32,305 nt of DNA from a virus (lineage: Duplodnaviria > Caudoviricetes). Of the stretch, positions 15,990 to 23,665 are shown one piece after another (position 1 is the stretch's first letter; every line of letters begins with the position of its first letter). The notes under the pieces were generated by a model. The model saw only the letters and a list, made by a program, of their open reading frames with translations. It was not told the DNA's origin and did no database searches. Both the position numbers and the translations under genes were made by a program. The stretch lies in IMG/VR virus record IMGVR_UViG_3300025874_000046, positions 1 to 32,305 of that record. One strand, given 5' to 3'.

Positions 15990-18482
15990 ATGAGAGAGCA
16001 CACACAAGAGCAATTGATTAAGGAAATAATGTGGGAAAATCATCAGATAGAAGAGGGGGTGCGAAAGTACCGAGAGGCCTTAGAGGATAAAACACTTGAT
16101 GGAACAAAAGGGGGCATGCGGCTACTGCAAGAAGCAATGCCACACACGGTTGCCGGTATTAAAAAGGCTTACAAAGAGGCTGAAGCTACATTACTAAGTG
16201 GTAAAGCCGGTAATCAACCCAACTGGATGTTTTTGATTGGTATGGTATCGGCTGAGCAAGCAGCCGCTATTACTATTAATAAGGTAATGGCACACATACA
16301 AACAAATAAGGGGACTCAGGGGTCTTACGGTCAAAAGCAAATGAGCTTAACTGGTGTGGCTAAGTTAGTAGGCCAAGCGCTTCGCCAACAGTTAATGTTT
16401 GAAAACTGGAAGAAAAACGAAAAGATCAAACTTAAAGAGCATAACGAAACTGCTGATATTGATGACCAATATAGTAAATCGTATGCCGAACAACTTATTG
16501 AAAGGGCTCGAGGCAATGTAACACGCCCAAAGCTAGCTAGATGGAAGGCTAAGTTTGAAACTTACCAAAACATTGAATGGGGTCAAGATGAAGTCGTAAT
16601 TGGTATGAAGTTAATTGAAGTGCTTATTAGTACCAACCCTAATATTTTTACATACAAAATGATTAGTATTAAAGGTAAACGTACAAGATTATTAGAGTTT
16701 ACTGATGAAGCATGGGCCACTATTACTCAATGCAATGACAGTGCCGAATTACAAAGCCCCTTACTTCTACCAACATTAATCGAGCCGAAAGAGTGGTGCT
16801 ATGAAGATGGCAAAGTGGTTGGTGGGTATCATCACATGCAACAACCACTATTTACAAAGAAGCTATCAGCGCACACGGCCGCAGATGTAAATGCACCTTC
16901 TCAGCGCTTTTTAGAGTCTATTAATAAAGTGCAAGAAACAGCATGGAGTATTAATCCATATATCTTAATGGTTGTTGATATGATTATTGGCACAGATAAA
17001 GCACTTGGTGGTGTGCCTCGTATGTGTGAGCTACAAGCACCTAAATTGGACAAAGAAACTTTTGAGGCTTTAACAAAAGAAGAGCGCACTAAGTTTTTAA
17101 CAAAGCAAGCAGGTATTCGTGAAGACATTGCAAGTCAACGTGGGCGCCATTCAGCCTTTGTTCGTAAAGTGGCTATTGCTCGTAAAATGCTTACCCATGA
17201 TCGTTTTTACTTCCCACATTTTGCTGACTTCCGGGGCCGACTTTACCCAATGCCTGCAGAGCTAGCACCTCAAGGTGACCAGGTTGCAAAGGGTTTACTG
17301 CAGTTTGCAGAGAAACGTGAATTAGGTGAGTCTGGTTTGTTTTGGCTTAAAGTACATATTGCAAACACATTTGGAAATGATAAAGACAGCCTAAAGGATC
17401 GTGCTAAATGGGCTGAGGATAATATTAACATGCTAGCTGATTGTGTTATTGACCCATTAAATAACACTGAATGGGCAGGGGCTGATGCGCCTTTACCTTT
17501 TTTAGCTGCTGCCTATGATCTTGTAAATGCTTACGAACTTTCAGATCCAACTCAATATGAATCGCATATTGCTGTGGCTATGGACGGGACTTGTAATGGG
17601 ATGCAATTATTGAGCCTTTTAGGGCGCGATAATCTTGGTGCTGAAAAGACTAACTGTCGTCATTTTAACGAGCGCTTTGATTTGTATTCTGAAGTTGCTA
17701 CAAAGGTTATTGAAATATGCAAAAGAGAAACAACTAATAATGCTACAGCCGAAGAATGGTATAAGCGGCTTCATAACAACCCAAGCAAAGCTAGGAAAAC
17801 TGTTAAAAGGGCGGTAATGACAACTCCTTATGGTGTTACCGGTCGTGGAATAGCCCAGCAGCTAGTTAATGATCGGCACTGTAATGACCTAGGACAGGTC
17901 TCCCGGGCTACTGCTTCTGATTACATGAAAGAATGTATACTTGAGGCTATGTCTGAAGTTAATGGTAAGGCGGTTGAAATTATGGGTTACTTTCAAAATG
18001 TAGCAGGAGCCCTAGCATCAACTGAGCAACCCCTTTCTTGGTACACACCAATGGGACTCAAAGTAACTCAAGCCTATTATAAGATGGCCGATAAACGGGT
18101 ACAAACAGTATTTGGCACAGTTATCCTTTGGGCTGAAGATCATGAAATGGGATTAGATAGTCAGAAACAATTTCAATCAGCTGCTCCTAATGTGATTCAT
18201 AGCTTTGACGCTGCAATGTTGCAACTAACTGTAGAAAACCTTGCTAAAAAAGGACATACAGATTTTGCTATGATTCATGATAGCTATGGAATGCATGCTG
18301 GAAGCATTGCGGAGTTACATGCTACTTTAAGAGAAGCTGCTTACGAAATTTTTAGCACTGACAACTTAGCTGAGTTTCATGAATATACACAAGCACAGAC
18401 TGATACAGTGCTGCCAACATTACCAACCCAGGGTGATTACGATATAGCTGAGATACTTAGAGCGCCTTATTTTTTCTCATAA
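15990..18482 (+). CDS. T7-like single-subunit DNA-directed RNA polymerase
   Basis: 830 aa. Motifs DFRGRLY, A (MDGTCNGMQ), B (RKTVKRAVMTTPYG), APNVIHSFDA and C (IHDSYG), ending in YFFS. Confidence 0.97.
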   Translation: MREHTQEQLIKEIMWENHQIEEGVRKYREALEDKTLDGTKGGMRLLQEAMPHTVAGIKKAYKEAEATLLSGKAGNQPNWMFLIGMVSAEQAAAITINKVMAHIQTNKGTQGSYGQKQMSLTGVAKLVGQALRQQLMFENWKKNEKIKLKEHNETADIDDQYSKSYAEQLIERARGNVTRPKLARWKAKFETYQNIEWGQDEVVIGMKLIEVLISTNPNIFTYKMISIKGKRTRLLEFTDEAWATITQCNDSAELQSPLLLPTLIEPKEWCYEDGKVVGGYHHMQQPLFTKKLSAHTAADVNAPSQRFLESINKVQETAWSINPYILMVVDMIIGTDKALGGVPRMCELQAPKLDKETFEALTKEERTKFLTKQAGIREDIASQRGRHSAFVRKVAIARKMLTHDRFYFPHFADFRGRLYPMPAELAPQGDQVAKGLLQFAEKRELGESGLFWLKVHIANTFGNDKDSLKDRAKWAEDNINMLADCVIDPLNNTEWAGADAPLPFLAAAYDLVNAYELSDPTQYESHIAVAMDGTCNGMQLLSLLGRDNLGAEKTNCRHFNERFDLYSEVATKVIEICKRETTNNATAEEWYKRLHNNPSKARKTVKRAVMTTPYGVTGRGIAQQLVNDRHCNDLGQVSRATASDYMKECILEAMSEVNGKAVEIMGYFQNVAGALASTEQPLSWYTPMGLKVTQAYYKMADKRVQTVFGTVILWAEDHEMGLDSQKQFQSAAPNVIHSFDAAMLQLTVENLAKKGHTDFAMIHDSYGMHAGSIAELHATLREAAYEIFSTDNLAEFHEYTQAQTDTVLPTLPTQGDYDIAEILRAPYFFS

Positions 18483-18483
18483 A

Positions 18484-18594
18484 GTACAGTAACTTTGAGT
18501 TAAATAACTAAATATTGCATAAAGTAGTGTACGTGGGCTAAATACCTCGACATAATGTTTACATTAAATAACGAAACGCAAGGAAAAAACAATG
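18484..18594 (+). repeat. Cassette repeat copy 1 (operator, host promoter and RBS only)
   Basis: GTACAGTAACTTTGAGTTAAAT...TGTACG(18528)-N17-CATAAT(18551)...AAATAACGAAACGCAAGGA..ATG. Confidence 0.9.
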
Positions 18595-18795
18595 GAAACT
18601 ATTATTGGTAAGCAAGTAATCTTAAAGCCAGAGTACCAAGATCGATGGCAGTATTGCTTTAGTTATGACAAGCCAGTTTTTAGAGCGATCGACGAAATGG
18701 AAAAAGGGCGCGTGACTGTTGTCTGTGAACTCCCGGGCTTTAGCATTCCGCCAACATATGTAATTAAAGATTACATGATTGAAAGCATTAAATAA
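18592..18795 (+). CDS. Small early protein A1 (paralog of 19188..19376)
   Basis: RBS aagga. METIIGKQVILKPEYQD...GRVTVVCELPGFS...KDYMIESIK. Confidence 0.8.
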   Translation: METIIGKQVILKPEYQDRWQYCFSYDKPVFRAIDEMEKGRVTVVCELPGFSIPPTYVIKDYMIESIK

Positions 18796-18818
18796 ACAAA
18801 CACATTGAGGGCAATACT

Positions 18819-19034
18819 ATGACAGCGTTGACTGAAAAAGAAATATATGAGTTTCTAGATAATAATAGAACCTTAGCTGAAATAAAAAGTGACGAAATAT
18901 TTGTAAAATCGATTGAGTGCAACTTACCTGAATGGAAAAAAGACAACAAGTTAGGACACCTTCACTGGGAGCGTGTTGAGCGCCTTGAATATATTAAAGC
19001 ATTAAAATCATATAGTGACTTTTATAAATCCTAA
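18819..19034 (+). CDS. Small early hypothetical protein
   Basis: RBS gagg; 71 aa; ends at the repeat boundary. Confidence 0.75.
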   Translation: MTALTEKEIYEFLDNNRTLAEIKSDEIFVKSIECNLPEWKKDNKLGHLHWERVERLEYIKALKSYSDFYKS

Positions 19035-19190
19035 AAGCAATCCCTTCGCCCCTTAATTGGGGCTTTTTAGGTGAAAGGTGTACAGTAACTTTGAGTTAAA
19101 TGAGTTTATATTGCATAAAGTAGTGTACGTGGACTGAATACCTCGACATAATGTTTACATCAAATAACGAAACGCAAGGAAATAACGATG
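19030..19190 (+). repeat. Cassette repeat copy 2 (terminator, operator, promoter, RBS)
   Basis: CCTAAAAGCAATCCCTTC-GCCCCTTAATTGGGGC-TTTTT (19048-19068), GTACAGTAACT (19080), TGTACG(19124)-N17-CATAAT(19147), AACGAAACGCAAGGA. Confidence 0.92.
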
Positions 19191-19376
19191 GACAGCATAA
19201 TTGGTAAGCAAATAATCTTTAAGCCAGAGTATCAAGACGCCGGAGATGATGAGTTTATTTTTAGAGCACACAGTGAAATGGAAAATGGGCGAGTAACCGT
19301 TATTTGTGAAATACCAGGTTTTAGCTTTCCATCAATATCTGTAGCTAAAGACTACATGATTGAAAGTATTAAATAA
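19188..19376 (+). CDS. Small early protein A2 (paralog of 18592..18795)
   Basis: MDSIIGKQIIFKPEYQD...GRVTVICEIPGFS...KDYMIESIK. Confidence 0.8.
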   Translation: MDSIIGKQIIFKPEYQDAGDDEFIFRAHSEMENGRVTVICEIPGFSFPSISVAKDYMIESIK

Positions 19377-19399
19377 CGAAACGCACAGAGGATAACAAC

Positions 19400-19552
19400 A
19401 TGACATACGCAGAACGTAAAGTGGCAACTAAGTTAAAAAGCTTTCTTGACCAAGGCTGGACTAAAAGTCAGTTAATAAAGTTAATGAAAAACATGAGCTA
19501 CTGTGACGAGACAATTGTTCACTTAATTTATATCGCAAAACACAAAATTTAA
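19400..19552 (+). CDS. Small early hypothetical protein, 50 aa (not in the ORF track)
   Basis: RBS gagga. MTYAERKVATKLKSFLDQGWTKSQLIKLMKNMSYCDETIVHLIYIAKHKI. Confidence 0.75.
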   Translation: MTYAERKVATKLKSFLDQGWTKSQLIKLMKNMSYCDETIVHLIYIAKHKI

Positions 19553-19556
19553 AATC

Positions 19557-19716
19557 CCTAAAGCAATACCTTCGCCCCTTAATTGGGGCTTTTTAGGTGA
19601 AAGGTGTACAGTAACTTTGAGTTAAATAACTAAATATTGCATAAAGTAGTGTACGTGGGCTGAATACCACGACATAATGTTTACATTAAATAACGAAACG
19701 CAAGGAAATACAGATG
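19557..19716 (+). repeat. Cassette repeat copy 3 (terminator, operator, promoter, RBS)
   Basis: Terminator 19574-19594, GTACAGTAACT at 19606, TGTACG(19650)-N17-CATAAT(19673), AACGAAACGCAAGGA. Confidence 0.92.
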
Positions 19717-19887
19717 ATTTACTACACAGGTGTTATTAATAGTAAAGCTAAAGTTTGGCACTTCCAAACATGGGTCCAAGTGCTTGAATTTTTAGAGGCT
19801 TATAACGCTCACAAAGACTTTGACACAATACACGAAGTTGATGAGGCTACAGCTAAAGTGCTGTACAACGTAATCCACAAAATTTAA
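19714..19887 (+). CDS. Small early hypothetical protein, 57 aa (not in the ORF track)
   Basis: Starts at the repeat's RBS/ATG. MIYYTGVINSKAKVWHFQTWVQVLEFLEAYNAHKDFDTIHEVDEATAKVLYNVIHKI. Confidence 0.75.
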   Translation: MIYYTGVINSKAKVWHFQTWVQVLEFLEAYNAHKDFDTIHEVDEATAKVLYNVIHKI

Positions 19888-19923
19888 AACCCCTAAAGCA
19901 ATCCTTACAAGGAAGATTTTAAA

Positions 19924-20097
19924 ATGGAAAACTTAAACAAAACCCAAGTAATTGAGCACATCGCTAAACACGAGCTTTTTATTGAAACTTTAACTGAGCG
20001 CGGTTTAGACGATTTAGACTTCCACGATATATCAGTAACTTCTATTAAAAATGCTCTAGAACTTGCTTACGAAGCTGGAAAAAACGCCGGCAAATAA
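19924..20097 (+). CDS. Small early protein, 57 aa, DUF6900-like (not in the ORF track)
   Basis: RBS aagga. IAKHELFIETLTERGLDDLDFHDISVTSIKNALELAYEAG resembles the IETL..R..D.LDFHD.SV..LE.AYEAG pattern recalled for DUF6900. Confidence 0.75.
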   Translation: MENLNKTQVIEHIAKHELFIETLTERGLDDLDFHDISVTSIKNALELAYEAGKNAGK

Positions 20098-20108
20098 AAT
20101 GGAAAAAC

Positions 20109-20172
20109 CCCTAAAAGCAATCCTTTCGCCCCTTAATTGGGGCTTTTTAGGTGAAAGACGTACAGTAACTTT
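20109..20172 (+). repeat. Cassette repeat copy 4 (terminator and operator half only)
   Basis: CCCTAAAAGCAATCCTTTC, terminator 20128-20148, AGGTGAAAG and GTACAGTAACTTT (20160); the sequence then diverges and has no CGACATAAT box. Confidence 0.85.
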
Positions 20173-20200
20173 AAATTAAGCAAACAACTTGGAGAAATTT

Positions 20201-20398
20201 ATGTCTGATTTATATATTGCTGAAGTAATGGCTGCCGACGAGATTGTTGAAAAACTCTACAACACTAAACCAACACTAAACGACGTTATCTATTACGTGC
20301 AAACTGAAGCTAGACGCCTTAATCCTGATGACATTTTTGAGCGTATGCGTGCGGACGTTTGCATGCGGATACGTGTAATAGAACAACTTGGCTTGTAA
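20201..20398 (+). CDS. Small hypothetical protein
   Basis: ATG at 20201 after GGAG is preferred over the TTG at 20189. Confidence 0.7.
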   Translation: MSDLYIAEVMAADEIVEKLYNTKPTLNDVIYYVQTEARRLNPDDIFERMRADVCMRIRVIEQLGL

Positions 20399-20423
20399 CA
20401 CACACTATCAGCTTTGCGAAAAC

Positions 20424-20447
20424 GCCCCTTAATTGGGGCTTTTTTTT
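20424..20447 (+). terminator. Intrinsic terminator (same GCCCCTTAATTGGGGC hairpin)
   Basis: Hairpin followed by T8. Confidence 0.9.
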
Positions 20448-20449
20448 GG

Positions 20450-20483
20450 TGTAACGATTAACCTACTTAATAGGAAGAACTCT
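20450..20483 (+). promoter_or_regulatory. Probable phage RNAP promoter, copy 1
   Basis: TGTAACGATTAACCTACTTAATAGGAAGAACTCT is identical at 23666 and 23724. The 17+6 layout GATTAACCTACTTAATA|GGAAGA resembles T7/T3/SP6 promoters. Confidence 0.85.
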
Positions 20484-20493
20484 GGAGACTACC

Positions 20494-21006
20494 ATGAATA
20501 TTTTTGCACTTTCGCAAGACCCAATAACAGCTGCTCAACTTCAATGTGATAAGCATGTTGTAAAAATGATACTTGAAACCGCACAAATGTTGTCTACAGC
20601 TCATCGTGAGCTAGGTTCCAATATTAGTAGCAATTTACTTTATAAAAAAACGCATGTTAACCATCCTTCAGCTATGTGGATTCGTGAAACATCTGACAAC
20701 TACACCTGGGCTGTTCGACATTTTGAAGCCTTATGCGACGAGTACACCTTTAGATATGGCAAAACACATTTATCGGATACTAAGCTGCGCAAAGCCTTTT
20801 GCGAAAACATGCCACTAGCAATTTCATCCGGCAAACTTTCATCACCCCCACAGTGTATGCCTCCGCAATATCATGTGCGCAAAAGCCATGTGTTTGATTG
20901 GGCGGCATCTATTGCGGCATACACACAATATTACGGCGCAGAAAAATCGGCAATTGCTCGATACACCAAACGTCCAACACCTACTTTTATTGAGGCACAG
21001 GTATGA
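20494..21006 (+). CDS. Pyrimidine-dimer DNA glycosylase / endonuclease V-like family protein
   Basis: MNIF...DP..AAQLQCDKHVVKMILETAQMLST and YKKTHVNHPS..W. RBS ggag. Confidence 0.7.
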   Translation: MNIFALSQDPITAAQLQCDKHVVKMILETAQMLSTAHRELGSNISSNLLYKKTHVNHPSAMWIRETSDNYTWAVRHFEALCDEYTFRYGKTHLSDTKLRKAFCENMPLAISSGKLSSPPQCMPPQYHVRKSHVFDWAASIAAYTQYYGAEKSAIARYTKRPTPTFIEAQV

Positions 21007-21308
21007 ATGGCCAAAACCACGGCGGAAAAGGTTCCGCACAACGCCCAGGCAACCAAGCTGCTTTTGAAGCAAACTATGATGCAATTTTTCGTAAAGACAC
21101 AGCTCCAGTTGTTGAAGGCCCAAAATATTACTGCTACGACTGTAAAAAATGTTATGCCAAAGACGACATTGTATTAACGGAATTGGCTGACTCTTATGAT
21201 ATTGGCGATCAAACAGTATGGGCAACTATGTATGACGAGCAATGTGGTGTTTGTAACTCAAGCAACATCGTCGAAACGACTGAAGATGCTGATGCTTACG
21301 ATGCGTAA
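21003..21308 (+). CDS. Hypothetical protein with a GKGS..RP N-terminal motif and a C4 zinc-ribbon-like C-terminus
   Basis: ATGA overlap; GGKGSAQRP...NYDAIF; CYDC...CGVC. Confidence 0.7.
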   Translation: MNGQNHGGKGSAQRPGNQAAFEANYDAIFRKDTAPVVEGPKYYCYDCKKCYAKDDIVLTELADSYDIGDQTVWATMYDEQCGVCNSSNIVETTEDADAYDA

Positions 21309-21501
21309 ATATATTGTGCTTATTGAAAACCGGCATGATCTTTATGCCAGCTTGGATTCTTATTTTATAGAGGCCAAAAATATTGAAGCAGCTTATACCT
21401 TACTTAAGCAACAAGTTAATACTGACAATTACTATGTTTATGCTCAATCTATAGATTCAGTGTGGCTAAATCACCCAGAAAGGAAAAACAGAAATGTCTA
21501 A
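21301..21501 (+). CDS. Hypothetical protein
   Basis: ATG at 21301 overlaps the previous stop, and its own stop overlaps the next start. Confidence 0.6.
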   Translation: MRKYIVLIENRHDLYASLDSYFIEAKNIEAAYTLLKQQVNTDNYYVYAQSIDSVWLNHPERKNRNV

Positions 21502-21931
21502 ATGGGATACCCGATTTATAGAACTAGCAAGAGAAGTGGCCAGCTGGTCTAAAGATCCAAAGCATAAAATTGGTGCTGTCGCTATATCACCAAAAGGCCA
21601 AGTGCTTAGCCAAGGCTACAATGGATTTCCTAGAGGTTTTCCTGATAGCAAAGAGCTTTATGCCGATAAAACTAAGAAGCGCCAATTGGTTGTACATGCC
21701 GAGCAAAATGTAATTTATAACGCAACGTACACAGGCGTTTGTTTAAGTGGTGCAACTCTTTACATTTCAGGGCTACCACCGTGCCATGAATGCACAAAAG
21801 GTATAATTCAAACGGGTATTACACGCGTTGTAATTGATAGCACGGATGCACACAGTTGGCATGAATCCTGGCAGCTTAGTCAAGAGATGCTTGCCGCTTG
21901 CAATGTTAAATTAGACGTTCACTTAAATTAA
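21494..21931 (+). CDS. dCMP deaminase
   Basis: KWDTRFIELA...WSKDP, GYNGFPRG, and zinc motifs HAEQN and PCHEC. Confidence 0.92.
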   Translation: MSKWDTRFIELAREVASWSKDPKHKIGAVAISPKGQVLSQGYNGFPRGFPDSKELYADKTKKRQLVVHAEQNVIYNATYTGVCLSGATLYISGLPPCHECTKGIIQTGITRVVIDSTDAHSWHESWQLSQEMLAACNVKLDVHLN

Positions 21932-21970
21932 ACCCTAACACAAAAACCTATTGAAACAGGCTGAGTACCT

Positions 21971-22111
21971 ATGGAACATAAAATACCGCTACTACAACTT
22001 AGAAGTTGGCTTGCGCGTCAAGTCCATTCAAAATATAGGAATTGGATAACAACGTTAGAGGTAGTAACTTGCCTACATATTATTGCAAATGTTTGGTTGC
22101 ACTTCCCATAA
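21971..22111 (+). CDS. Small hypothetical protein, 46 aa, hydrophobic C-terminus (not in the ORF track)
   Basis: MEHKIPLLQLRSWLARQVHSKYRNWITTLEVVTCLHIIANVWLHFP; weak RBS. Confidence 0.5.
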   Translation: MEHKIPLLQLRSWLARQVHSKYRNWITTLEVVTCLHIIANVWLHFP

Positions 22112-22155
22112 AAAATGGGCGCAAAGACTACAAATTACAAACCTCAAAATAAAGC

Positions 22156-22193
22156 AAAAAAAAAGGGCTAACCGTAATGGAAAGCCCTTTTTT
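22156..22193. terminator. Bidirectional intrinsic terminator between convergent genes
   Basis: A9-GGGCT...AGCCC-T6. Confidence 0.85.
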
Positions 22194-22209
22194 ATGCCTT
22201 TTATTAAAA

Positions 22210-22857
22210 CTATCTAGCATTCACCTCCATAACATGTCTAACACGATGCTTACGACCAGCAGTCCAATCATGAACAACACCACCTTTAACACAAGCAACA
22301 TGACCTCTAACAAAAACAAGGTAGGTTTTAGTTTCATCTAAACGGCGATGAATAGTTGACATTGTGCCTGTATCAAGAAAGCCAGGAACAATTGATACAC
22401 TGAATCCTAGCTTATCAAGCGCATTTCTTATTTGAGTAGTCGAAACGCCTTTACCGTGCTTTCGGCCTAAGTCTTTAAATAAGTCATAGCACTTGTCATA
22501 CATTGTGTTAGTAGCAACTGCCGCCGCAATAACACCACACATGTTGTTGTCGCCTAAACGTTTAGCATCAACACAGGTGGTTTGGTAAGTTTCCTTGCCC
22601 TCACCTAAAATAAATTTAGCTGTAGGCTTAGCTTTAAACATTTTAGCTTGCTTGCTGCTGATCTTTTCAAAAAAGAATGGAGCAACCGGTTTTACATAAC
22701 GCTTATCAGTTGCCTTGCGCCCTGTGTTATAAACTTGAGTTGGTGACACTTGGTAGCTTTTAACAAAAGACGCCATTTCTTTATAGTCTTTAAATGTGAA
22801 TAGTCTTATTGACTCATTTACACATAGGCGCTCGTGTGTAGTGGTTATGTAAATCAT
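22210..22857 (-). CDS. Hypothetical protein with possible Cys-His-Asp papain-like C-terminal domain; the only credible minus-strand gene
   Basis: RBS ggag on the minus strand, with its own promoter and terminator. Motifs NMCGVIAAAV, RGHVACV and VHDW. Confidence 0.75.
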   Translation of the reverse strand: MIYITTTHERLCVNESIRLFTFKDYKEMASFVKSYQVSPTQVYNTGRKATDKRYVKPVAPFFFEKISSKQAKMFKAKPTAKFILGEGKETYQTTCVDAKRLGDNNMCGVIAAAVATNTMYDKCYDLFKDLGRKHGKGVSTTQIRNALDKLGFSVSIVPGFLDTGTMSTIHRRLDETKTYLVFVRGHVACVKGGVVHDWTAGRKHRVRHVMEVNAR

Positions 22858-22895
22858 AATATGCTCCGTTAAGTAACTATGTATTTAATAAGTAT

Positions 22896-22915
22896 ATTAT
22901 GTCGAGTTACTGTAC
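22896..22915 (-). promoter_or_regulatory. Leftward promoter -10 box with overlapping operator motif
   Basis: The minus strand reads GTACAGTAACTCGACATAAT, joining both conserved cassette motifs. Confidence 0.7.
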
Positions 22916-23006
22916 TTTCGGGAGCCCTTTTTTGAAAAATTACCTAAAATAATTAGAGTAAAACGGAATGGTTATCGCTTTATATATAGCAAATTGTTTT
23001 AAAAAA

Positions 23007-23060
23007 TACAGTAACTATTTAACTATTAACTGTGTACATAGTTGCAAAACACGACATAAT
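23007..23060 (+). promoter_or_regulatory. Rightward host-type promoter of the cassette family
   Basis: TACAGTAACT (23007), then TGTACA(23033)-N16-CATAAT(23055) with CACGACATAAT. Confidence 0.7.
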
Positions 23061-23098
23061 AGACGCATACAAACAAACAATTGATTAGGATTACTGTT

Positions 23099-23293
23099 AT
23101 GAAATATTTAGTTGAAGGCATTAAAGCTAACGAACAAGACTACAGTAAAGTCTTTGAAGTAAAGCACGTTTGCGAAAAAATGGGATTGACTAAATTTACA
23201 AGTGGACACTACGCACAATGGAATGGCTGCATGTGTCTATACACTAAAACTGGTCGACGTGTTGCCAAATACGTTGAATTGACTGAGGTTTGA
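23099..23293 (+). CDS. Small hypothetical protein
   Basis: ATG at 23099 after agga is preferred over the TTG at 23081. Confidence 0.7.
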   Translation: MKYLVEGIKANEQDYSKVFEVKHVCEKMGLTKFTSGHYAQWNGCMCLYTKTGRRVAKYVELTEV

Positions 23294-23296
23294 ATT

Positions 23297-23572
23297 ATGA
23301 AAAATATTAGAGACTGTAAAGTTGGTGATTTGTTAAAGCAGCACGAGGAAAGACTTTGGAATCATAAAAATGGTTCGTCTCATATACAGATTGTTAATAG
23401 TATTATACAAATTACTGCAATGTACGAAAACAGACTAGAGTGGAAAACTATAGAAATACTAGATACTAAAGATGTTTGCCCTATACAAACAGATCTACTA
23501 GGCGTAACAGGGGGCACAGCATTTAGAGCATTTGATAATCCACGAGCCGCCTTATTTTACACTATTCTTTAA
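23297..23572 (+). CDS. Small hypothetical protein
   Basis: RBS gagg; 91 aa; followed by the family terminator. Confidence 0.7.
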   Translation: MKNIRDCKVGDLLKQHEERLWNHKNGSSHIQIVNSIIQITAMYENRLEWKTIEILDTKDVCPIQTDLLGVTGGTAFRAFDNPRAALFYTIL

Positions 23573-23592
23573 TTAAAAATTAACCTCTCTTA

Positions 23593-23614
23593 GCCCCTTA
23601 ATTGGGGCTTTTTT
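23593..23614 (+). terminator. Intrinsic terminator (fifth GCCCCTTAATTGGGGC copy)
   Basis: Hairpin followed by T6. Confidence 0.9.
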
Positions 23615-23665
23615 ATGCCTATCAAAAAGTCTTCCTTCTATATATGGCCCCTCTCTCTTCTGAAA

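Noticed and set aside
18484-20172. Integron attC cassette array (GTTAAAT matches GTTRRRY)
   Set aside because: The TAAC/GTTA inverted pair is only 5 nt apart instead of bounding a long attC hairpin. The cassettes carry their own promoters, and the integrase has its own tRNA-type attP.
18484-20447. CRISPR array interpretation of the regular repeats
   Set aside because: The repeats are about 160 bp and contain promoters and terminators, the intervening segments are 350-450 bp of protein-coding genes, and no cas genes are present.
15864-23040. LexA (SOS) boxes suggested by ACAG/CTGT in the repeated motif
   Set aside because: None of the copies I inspected forms CTGT-N8-ACAG.
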